Shown: positions 57,940 through 64,000 of the stretch, one piece after another
Numbering within the stretch: the first letter of the stretch is position 1
Layout of the letters: every line of letters begins with the position of its first letter
IMG/VR virus record: IMGVR_UViG_3300037427_003924
Reading direction: 5' to 3' (one strand)
Source: an uncultured virus (IMG/VR IMGVR_UViG_3300037427_003924)
Taxonomy: Duplodnaviria; Heunggongvirae; Uroviricota; Caudoviricetes
Length of the DNA stretch: 64,000 nt
Notes under the pieces: model-generated
The model's database searches: none
The model's input: the letters and a program-made list of their open reading frames with translations, nothing else
Told to the model about the DNA's origin: nothing
Translations under genes and position numbers: made by a program

Positions 57940-58092
57940 ATGTCGAACGAAAACAGAAAAACACACGACACAAACGGCGGCCAAAGAGGTATGCACTTAC
58001 GCGAAATGACCGCAGGCAAAGTGCTAATCAATAAAGCTGGTTCCAACAAGACGAACGCAACCAATCGCCAGAAACCGAAACGTAGAAAGTAA
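57940..58092 (+). CDS. Small basic 50-aa protein (not in ORF track)
   Basis: MSNENRKTHDTNGGQ...AGSNKTNATNRQKPKRRK. Confidence 0.7.
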   Translation: MSNENRKTHDTNGGQRGMHLREMTAGKVLINKAGSNKTNATNRQKPKRRK

Positions 58093-58113
58093 ATTTTTCT
58101 CATCATAACAACA

Positions 58114-58155
58114 GCCCCGTCGAGTTCTCTCTCTGCTCGGCGGGGCATTTTTTTT
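58114..58155 (+). terminator. Intrinsic terminator
   Basis: GCCCCGTCGAG...CTCGGCGGGGC plus T-run. Confidence 0.8.
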
Positions 58156-58194
58156 AATGTCAAGCAAAAAAATAAAAAAAGTTTTTTCATGTCG

Positions 58195-58271
58195 TAAGTG
58201 ACTGACTATCAAGGACTTAGGGCCGGGCAGCCCTGCGCGCAAGCGCTAAGTCACTAACTATCAATGACTTA
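58195..58271. repeat. Double-palindrome element copy 2
   Basis: Units at 58195 and 58247. Confidence 0.9.
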
Positions 58272-58390
58272 CGTTTTCAAAAGTGTCATTCTAGGAGGGA
58301 TTTCATGCCAAGTGGTGTAAAAAATAAAAATAAAAAAAGTGATGTTTTAGGGTTGACTTTTTCCTAAAATCTGATAAGATAATTCCTGTT

Positions 58391-58663
58391 ATGAGAGATA
58401 TGTTTGAAAATATGTACAAGGTTCAGATCGCCAACTCTGGTGATGTCGCTGGTTTCCCGCGTTCTCACGATGGTCTTGAAAAGGCTATTATCTTGGCCTC
58501 GCGTGAGGGTACTGAGGTCACCTTTGATGGTGACGTCGTTTGGCCGGAGGAGGAGGCTCCTGACATGGATGAGTCCATGGACGGGGATCATGACTCCGCG
58601 ATGGCCAGTGCCGGTTTCGGCACGGATGAGGACTACGGTTGTTTCGGTGGCGACGAGTGGTAA
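58391..58663 (+). CDS. Highly acidic early protein
   Basis: TTGACT-16-TAAGAT-10-ATGAGAGA; DESMDGDHDSAMASAGFGTDEDYG. Confidence 0.7.
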   Translation: MRDMFENMYKVQIANSGDVAGFPRSHDGLEKAIILASREGTEVTFDGDVVWPEEEAPDMDESMDGDHDSAMASAGFGTDEDYGCFGGDEW

Positions 58664-58729
58664 AAAAAGTAAAAAAAGTGAGATTTAACTGTTGACATTT
58701 TTTTAATCTGTGATATACTGTTTTCTGTT

Positions 58730-58963
58730 ATGAGAGATATGATAAGTTGTGAAGAGGTTTTCGAGGCGGACGCGAATGCGCGTGCGGAGTTTGAGGCTGT
58801 GTGCAGTGCATGGCAGGATGAGGCCATCGCCGCGCAGGAGGTCGAGCTTGCGGCGCAAGCGGAACGCGAGGAGCGCGAGCGCGATCTGGCCATGGCCGAG
58901 GTCGAGGAGACGTGCTGGTGCAAGTTTTTCGAGTCGTGCTCCGCATGCTTCGGCAAGGCATAA
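58730..58963 (+). CDS. Acidic helical early protein
   Basis: TTGACA-16-TATACT-10-ATGAGAGA. Confidence 0.7.
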   Translation: MRDMISCEEVFEADANARAEFEAVCSAWQDEAIAAQEVELAAQAEREERERDLAMAEVEETCWCKFFESCSACFGKA

Positions 58964-58982
58964 ACCGTGCCAACCCCTATCA

Positions 58983-59009
58983 CTCACGCTGAAAAGCGTG
59001 AGTTTTTTT
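58983..59009 (+). terminator. Intrinsic terminator
   Basis: CTCACGCT-GAAA-AGCGTGAG plus T-run. Confidence 0.8.
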
Positions 59010-59026
59010 ACGCCTCTTTAAAGTCG

Positions 59027-59103
59027 TAAGTCGTTGGGCTGCAAGGACTTAGGGCCGGGGCGGAGGGTCCCAGCGACGTAAGTCGTTGACTATCAGTGGT
59101 TTA
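59027..59103. repeat. Double-palindrome element copy 3
   Basis: Units at 59027 and 59079. Confidence 0.9.
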
Positions 59104-59275
59104 CGAGGATAAAATCTGAAATTGGAGTGACGTAAATTTTTTTCTTTTTGCATTTTTCGCATTGCCCTTTTTCCCAAGAGCCGCATCTCTCAGTTATTTG
59201 AGGGTCGCGGCTTTCCTTTTTAGCAACACGTATTTCGCGCCGTTGGGCTTTGGTTCCACATTCGTAACAGATCAT
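59093..59275 (-). CDS. Small zinc-finger protein
   Basis: CYEC...CEKC. Confidence 0.5.
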   Translation of the reverse strand: MICYECGTKAQRREIRVAKKESRDPQITERCGSWEKGQCEKCKKKKIYVTPISDFILVNH

Positions 59276-59322
59276 TATTTGACTGGTTCGTATTTCTTAT
59301 TTAATAAATTACAAATCCGAAT

Positions 59323-59496
59323 TTAATCGCCGCTCTTTTTGCCATAATTAAAACTCATTCGATTTTTCTTATTGTTATAGCCTTCTGGTTCCAGCCCGTT
59401 CTTCTTGAGCCATTTCTTGTAACCAGCATCAACTTCTTTGGCTAGGCCCGTTGTGTCGCCGTAACCCCAATCACCTTGTTTTATTATGTCTTGCAT
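59323..59496 (-). CDS. 57-aa protein (not in ORF track)
   Basis: MQDIIKQGDWG...; EVDAGYKKWLKKNG resembles EFDDAFAKWAKKKG in 63451-63645. Confidence 0.5.
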   Translation of the reverse strand: MQDIIKQGDWGYGDTTGLAKEVDAGYKKWLKKNGLEPEGYNNKKNRMSFNYGKKSGD

Positions 59497-59498
59497 TG

Positions 59499-59780
59499 TT
59501 ATTCCGAAATGGTTTGACGAATCTCTTTCATCTTCTTCTTTAGAAAAGAAACAGCCTCACAGTTTTTGGCATTAGTTTGGATGATATGCCCTAGACTGTA
59601 CTCTATCTTACGCGTGAAGTCTCTGCGTAACGCATCCAACTTATCTGCATCCGCTCGCTTTATTGCGCGAGTCTTCTTGACCGCTTTCTTCTTTTCGGCC
59701 TTTTGTTTTAAATGTTTTGTCTTCACTTTCTTTTCTTCAAATGCCTCTAGTAACTTTTCGTAATTACTTACTTTATTCAT
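59499..59780 (-). CDS. Basic hypothetical protein
   Basis: Likely ATG 59780 (MNKVSNYE...). Confidence 0.6.
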   Translation of the reverse strand: MNKVSNYEKLLEAFEEKKVKTKHLKQKAEKKKAVKKTRAIKRADADKLDALRRDFTRKIEYSLGHIIQTNAKNCEAVSFLKKKMKEIRQTISE

Positions 59781-59795
59781 ACTATTAAAATAAGA

Positions 59796-60431
59796 TGGTG
59801 GCGGGAGTATTTGTGTACCCGCACCTTTTCTGTACCCAAGAAACAAATGTTTCTGATCTACTTACTTCGGACTCACCCGCGATTTTCCTCAACCGATTGG
59901 TCTCTGTACTTCTCGCAGTCGCTGCATTATCCCCGTGGGAGGGATTATTCTGCCACACCGACCTCTCTCCGTCGAGAGAGGAAATTGATAGGTTGCCGCC
60001 GCACCACCAGCAGTAAAACGGGCGTGAGTTCGTGCCTCACAGGGGTATTTAACTCCGTCAACCTAAATGAATCGCTCTTGAGAAACTTCTCATTCTTAAC
60101 CGTTTCAAGTCGAGTTAACGACTGTCATGCTTTCAACGCGTTTATAGCTCAGAAAGACGTGATTAAGCGCATAGCCCAAGTTTTTTAGTGTTATGAGAGA
60201 GTCCTTTTGCAGGACAATCTTTAGACTGCTAAACTCAAGAGCAAATTTTCAAAGAACCTAAAAATTGTCTGGGGGTGATTAGCATTGTATTCCTACCCTA
60301 ATCTTTTAAGTCAGCCCAGCCTGACACACCATAAACATGAAACGATAATATTAAATACAACCTTCGCTGATTAACCTCCACCAGCAGGGATTATCAAATG
60401 ACAAACAATAATAAACATTCCCCGAAGGGAA
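59796..60431 (-). ncRNA. Candidate large structured non-coding RNA
   Basis: No convincing ORF; many hairpins; boxA-like GTTCTTTGAAAA; ends CCGCCACCA. Confidence 0.5.
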
Positions 60432-60442
60432 ACTAAAGTATA

Positions 60443-60688
60443 TCAGCAACGGTCTGGCAATGCAACCTTTTTCTTTTCCGTCTCCAGATTCTCAAACTTC
60501 TTGTCCATGCCTTCGTCATCCCAGTCGAAAGAAAAGTATTCATCAAATACCTTGGAGGCTATCCGTCCCTCTACGCTTTGAGTCGCTGCTTCTTTCAGCA
60601 TAAACTTCATAGCTTTGAGTCTTTTCCGCATTTCTTCAGTACCCGCTTTTGTTCGCGGCCTCAACCAATGATCATCCATTTGTTTCAT
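60443..60688 (-). CDS. Hypothetical protein
   Basis: ATGA overlap with upstream gene. Confidence 0.6.
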   Translation of the reverse strand: MKQMDDHWLRPRTKAGTEEMRKRLKAMKFMLKEAATQSVEGRIASKVFDEYFSFDWDDEGMDKKFENLETEKKKVALPDRC

Positions 60689-61326
60689 ACTTCTAATTTC
60701 GCTTCCCTTAACTGCTTATGAGTATACCGTAGTCCGGCATTCCATGCAAGCCTTTTCTTCTTCGGTTCGGGAATATAAAAAATATTAAAGTGAGGCCCGA
60801 TGGCAGTTTTATCCCGAAGGATTACCCTGCTAGACTTGTAGATAGGCTTCTTGCTTATATCCTCTACAAAAGTCTTATACTTATAAGGATTGTAATATGC
60901 ACCTTTAAATTCTTCTCCCGACTCTGGAATGCAATTCTCGCACCAAGAATACTCTCCTTCGTTACGGCAGTTGCAGCCCCAAACCTTTTTCAAGTTACCA
61001 TCTTCCCCTTTCTCAAAACGATAGGCTTGGTGGTCTCCTTCGTTTACCCATGTGCCAATAACATAAGCGTGAACGTTTTTGCGCTTCTCACGGACAACAC
61101 GTTGACGACCATTCTCGTTAACGTGAAACTTGGCATTCTTTAGCTCGACTCGGTGACTATGGCAATATAATCTCCCCGTGCTAGTATCAACTACAGAAAG
61201 GCAATCCTTCTGAAGATTGTAGTAAACTTTCACCCGATCAGGTGCAACAGGGCAACCCATGTAAGTCTTGCGGGTTTCTGCATCGGCCCAGCTAATGAAT
61301 CCTTTTGGTTCTTCTCTTTCCCTCAT
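60685..61326 (-). CDS. Phage hypothetical protein
   Basis: TTGACT-17-TATACT-10-ATGAGGGA; VYYNL...GRQRVVREKRKNVHAYV.G. Confidence 0.75.
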   Translation of the reverse strand: MREREEPKGFISWADAETRKTYMGCPVAPDRVKVYYNLQKDCLSVVDTSTGRLYCHSHRVELKNAKFHVNENGRQRVVREKRKNVHAYVIGTWVNEGDHQAYRFEKGEDGNLKKVWGCNCRNEGEYSWCENCIPESGEEFKGAYYNPYKYKTFVEDISKKPIYKSSRVILRDKTAIGPHFNIFYIPEPKKKRLAWNAGLRYTHKQLREAKLEV

Positions 61327-61388
61327 AACTTCAAATAGTATAAGTTAAATTGTTTCTAGAGTCAACTATAAAAATAACTTTTTTAAAT

Positions 61389-61462
61389 TGGACGCGAGGG
61401 AGGGAATCGAACCCTCAATTGTTCTTTTGCAGAGAACCGTCTTGCCGTTTGACCACCCCGCG
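61389..61462 (-). tRNA. tRNA-Cys(GCA), CCA encoded
   Basis: Acceptor CGCGGGG/CCTCGCG, D stem GTC/GAC, anticodon GTTCT-CTGCAAA-AGAAC, T arm GAGGG-TTCGATT-CCCTC, U discriminator, 74 nt. Confidence 0.95.
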
Positions 61463-61555
61463 ATTGTAAGACCCCTTTCCCTTCTTGGGACGATGCACCC
61501 GCTCACCAGTGTTCCAACTGACTACTGCTCGGGGCTTTTTAGGTTTCTCACTCAC
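61415..61555 (-). CDS. ArfA-like ribosome rescue peptide, 46 aa, overlapping the tRNA
   Basis: GTG 8 nt after TTGACA-16-TATTAT; MSEKPKKPRAVVSWNTGERVHRPKKGKGSYNRGVVKRQDGSLQKNN. Confidence 0.65.
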   Translation of the reverse strand: MSEKPKKPRAVVSWNTGERVHRPKKGKGSYNRGVVKRQDGSLQKNN

Positions 61556-61654
61556 AGGTGTTAATAATATCACACTTTACACATATGTCAACAGTAAAAA
61601 TGTTTTTTTTAGGGGTTGACAAGTAGACCCTTTTATCCTATACTCATCCCAGTT

Positions 61655-61909
61655 ATGAAACTTAAAGAAATCAAAAACGGATCAATCTACTACAATACCA
61701 AGAAGAACCGTGCAGAGCGGGTAATCTCTAATACTTTTAGCAGTTCGCGAGTTGTGACAGAATTCCACGGTAAGAATCAAAGCGCGGTTGCTACTCGAAA
61801 CATTCGACTCGCTAACAGCGTAGAAGTGGAAAAATACCTAGATAGAACAAGGAAAGGTAATCTAATGACTTTTTTCGGAAGACTCTTCTCTCCGAAGAAA
61901 CTCGCTTGA
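61655..61909 (+). CDS. Early hypothetical protein
   Basis: TTGACA-17-TATACT-10-ATG. Confidence 0.7.
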   Translation: MKLKEIKNGSIYYNTKKNRAERVISNTFSSSRVVTEFHGKNQSAVATRNIRLANSVEVEKYLDRTRKGNLMTFFGRLFSPKKLA

Positions 61910-62029
61910 AAGTCTTAGTCATGAGCTTTTAAGCGCCCTACCTTGGGGGTTTGCATTGGTTTTTTTAGCTTTTCCCAATGTTTTACTAAGGTAGGGGGGA
62001 ATCTCCTGAGTGCTAGTTTTATTCTAGCC

Positions 62030-62066
62030 CAACCCTCCAGCCAACGCTGGGGGGTTGTTTTCTTTT
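62030..62066 (+). terminator. Intrinsic terminator
   Basis: CAACCCTCCAGC-CAAC-GCTGGGGGGTTG plus T-run. Confidence 0.7.
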
Positions 62067-62073
62067 AAAGTCC

Positions 62074-62150
62074 TAAGTCTTTGGTAATCAGTGACTTAGG
62101 GGCCGCCGGGACCCCCCGCGCGACGTAAGTCGTTGGTAATCAGTGACTTA
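62074..62150. repeat. Double-palindrome element copy 4
   Basis: Units at 62074 and 62126. Confidence 0.9.
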
Positions 62151-62302
62151 CGTTTCTAAAAGGTCAGTCTTTAGGAAAGAATCGTGCCAACTTCGGGCTA
62201 AATAAAAAAATATTTTTTTTAAAATAATGATGATTTAGGGGTTGACTCTGGATCTTAAATATGAGAAGATATTCGTGTTCTGAGGGAGAACTAAAAAACG
62301 TT

Positions 62303-63205
62303 ATGGCTAGAAACACAAAACCTACAAGTTCCGAATTCGACTACACAGTCGTGCAGGAACCGCTGTTCAACCGTGATGGTAAAGCCGTCAAGGTTGGTAA
62401 TTCTCCAATTATGGGGAATTTTCGCACAGACAACAATGTCTGCTTAGGTACGTCCACTGAGGCGTATGAAATCGTCAATAACGAATCAGTTGTTGAAGTA
62501 GTTGAGGATGCCTTTGCCGGTGCTGGCTTAGGTGACTTCGAGAGAGAAATCGTGGTTGCTCGTGAGGGCGCACGTTTTTATGGAGTCTATGACTTCCCAA
62601 CGCAGGAACGTCACATCGCCAACGTCGGTGATGTCGTGTCTCTTCGTTTGACCTTAAACAACTCATTTGATAGGAGTTGTGGTCTCAACTGGGCCGTGGG
62701 CATGATGCGTAAGATCTGCTCGAATGGGATGTGTTCGCTGGTGGCTGACACCAACGTCACCAAAAAGCACAGCGCAAAGCTGGATCTGTCCTTCATTAAG
62801 GAAGGAATCGACGCATCGGTTGAAAAATTCGATGCATCTGTTGAGGCTTTCAAAAACCTCGGCAAGCGTGAGATCACCCAAAAAGAGGGCGGACTCATTC
62901 TGGACAACCTCGCCATCAAAAAGGTGCTTTCCGAGTCTCTTCGGGATTCAATCCAGATGGTCTGGGACTCGCCTACCTTCGCCAAGGAGGATGAAGGTCG
63001 CAACCTGTACAACCTGTACAACGCGGCCACGGAGCATCTCACGCGTGAGGTGCAGTCAACTCGGTTTGAGTATGCCAATCGAGTCAATCGGGGCGTGCTT
63101 ACTAATCTGTCACGCGCAGAGCAGAGCGCCGCTCATTTCGCCAAGCTGACGGCCAAGGTTCCTGAAAAGGAAAAGGTCATCACTGAGGTGACGCTGACGG
63201 CCTAA
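62303..63205 (+). CDS. DUF932-family protein
   Basis: RTD...LG...Y.IV.N...GAR...NSFD.S...R.IC.NG...KH...LYNAATE. Confidence 0.75.
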   Translation: MARNTKPTSSEFDYTVVQEPLFNRDGKAVKVGNSPIMGNFRTDNNVCLGTSTEAYEIVNNESVVEVVEDAFAGAGLGDFEREIVVAREGARFYGVYDFPTQERHIANVGDVVSLRLTLNNSFDRSCGLNWAVGMMRKICSNGMCSLVADTNVTKKHSAKLDLSFIKEGIDASVEKFDASVEAFKNLGKREITQKEGGLILDNLAIKKVLSESLRDSIQMVWDSPTFAKEDEGRNLYNLYNAATEHLTREVQSTRFEYANRVNRGVLTNLSRAEQSAAHFAKLTAKVPEKEKVITEVTLTA

Positions 63206-63218
63206 GGGGAACACAAGC

Positions 63219-63251
63219 AACCCCCACCCTTCGGGGTGGGGGATTTTTTTT
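63219..63251 (+). terminator. Intrinsic terminator
   Basis: CCCCACCC-TTCG-GGGTGGGG plus T-run. Confidence 0.85.
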
Positions 63252-63280
63252 AACTAAAAAGCTTGACAAAAAAAGAGGCC

Positions 63281-63357
63281 TAAGTGACTGACTATCAATG
63301 ACTTAAGGGCGCCCGGCCTAGGCTGGCGTGCGTAAGTGCTTGGTACTCAATGACTTA
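63281..63357. repeat. Double-palindrome element copy 5
   Basis: Units at 63281 and 63333. Confidence 0.9.
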
Positions 63358-63388
63358 CGACTTAGGTTTTTAAAAAACTGAGATTTAA

Positions 63389-63427
63389 GAAAAAGACGCG
63401 AGGTCGGTTCGATTCCGACTCTCGCGT
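63389..63427 (-). terminator. Terminator hairpin with a tRNA T-arm-like sequence on the + strand
   Basis: ACGCGAG-GTCGG-TTCGATT-CCGAC-T-CTCGCGT; T-run follows on the minus strand. Confidence 0.6.
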
Positions 63428-63450
63428 ATTATTTATTATTTGTTATTTAA

Positions 63451-63645
63451 TTATTTCTTTTTTCTATTTGCCTCGGAGACAAATTGCTGGTTCATTTTCT
63501 TTTTAGGAAATCCTGTCTTAATGCCTTTTTTCTTTGCCCACTTGGCAAAAGCATCGTCGAATTCTTTTTTCATTCCATTAGCGACGGCATACATACTGTC
63601 GAAGGAATCCGCTTGGTGTGTGTGGTTATTATCTTGTTGAATCAT
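63451..63645 (-). CDS. Small basic protein
   Basis: 64 aa. Confidence 0.55.
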   Translation of the reverse strand: MIQQDNNHTHQADSFDSMYAVANGMKKEFDDAFAKWAKKKGIKTGFPKKKMNQQFVSEANRKKK

Positions 63646-64000
63646 AATCTGTTAAATTTTCTGCTGTTATCTTTCCTAAAGTATAAAAGTCATATTTATT
63701 ACCTGTTACTAAAAACGTCATTGGTTTGAATTCCTCCAGTCTTGATTCTGCATACTCTCTAGCAAAAGGCATGATGCCTCCTTTCTTCCCCTTAAACAAT
63801 GATAACTTACCTTCAGCCAGCATTATATTAACGGACATATTAACTAATGACCTTTTTAACTTGGTTTGGCTTGTCCAAAAATATCCCAAGTAAGGTTTAA
63901 CGTATTCATTAGACCAGATTAAGTCTTGGCCCGATGTTGCTGCATGGTTCCAAAAGCCCCAGTAGTGGCGAATAATCTCCTTTTTATTATCACCCCTTAT
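63629..64000 (-). CDS. Hypothetical protein, 5'-truncated by window edge
   Basis: Frame stays open to 64000 (IRGDNKKEIIRHYWGFW...). Confidence 0.65.
   Translation of the reverse strand: MRGDNKKEIIRHYWGFWNHAATSGQDLIWSNEYVKPYLGYFWTSQTKLKRSLVNMSVNIMLAEGKLSLFKGKKGGIMPFAREYAESRLEEFKPMTFLVTGNKYDFYTLGKITAENLTDYDSTR

Noticed and set aside
59796..60010. tmRNA or tRNA because of the CCACCA end
   Set aside because: No TTC T-loop, no 7-bp acceptor strand after the terminal stem, and no tag ORF identified.
59795..60188. + strand ORFs 59795-60016 and 59811-60188
   Set aside because: No promoter or start motif like neighbouring genes, atypical composition, and they overlap a hairpin-rich tract.
61389..61462. 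tRNA as a prophage attachment junction
   Set aside because: Phage-type genes lie on both sides, and there is no integrase or host DNA in the window.
55896..63357. Double palindromes as mini-CRISPR arrays
   Set aside because: Only two degenerate units per locus, low-complexity GC spacers and no cas genes; the fixed 52-bp period and IHF-like halves fit DNA-binding sites better.

Overview
The window is part of a large tailed dsDNA phage genome. No integrase, rRNA or host housekeeping genes are seen. A holin plus overlapping spanin-like pair points to a Gram-negative host. Scarce Shine-Dalgarno sites and sigma54-type sites would fit e.g. a Verrucomicrobiota-like host, which is inference only. 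Positions 1-45 kb hold a mostly minus-strand late module: sigma factor, ERCC4 nuclease, terminase, portal, tail proteins, three modular tail fibres, lysis cassette, scaffold/protease and major capsid. One fibre is >=4789 aa, runs off the left edge and is missing from the ORF track. Positions 45-52.7 kb are accessory genes (PhoH, mini-MscS, HMA protein). Late genes share a GTGTA motif just upstream of the start codon. After a G-rich junction at 52.9 kb comes an early region of small genes, most with their own sigma70 promoter 8-10 nt before a conserved GTTATGAGAGA start. Its most striking elements are: (1) an ArfA-like ORF whose 3' end is encoded inside a tRNA-Cys, so tRNA processing would yield a non-stop mRNA; (2) an apparently non-coding structured tract with a boxA and the exact antisense of the shared early start motif; (3) five copies of a double palindrome matching the IHF consensus with an invariant 52-bp period, three followed at a fixed distance by a sigma54-like site. 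All family assignments come from motif recognition by eye, not database searches.
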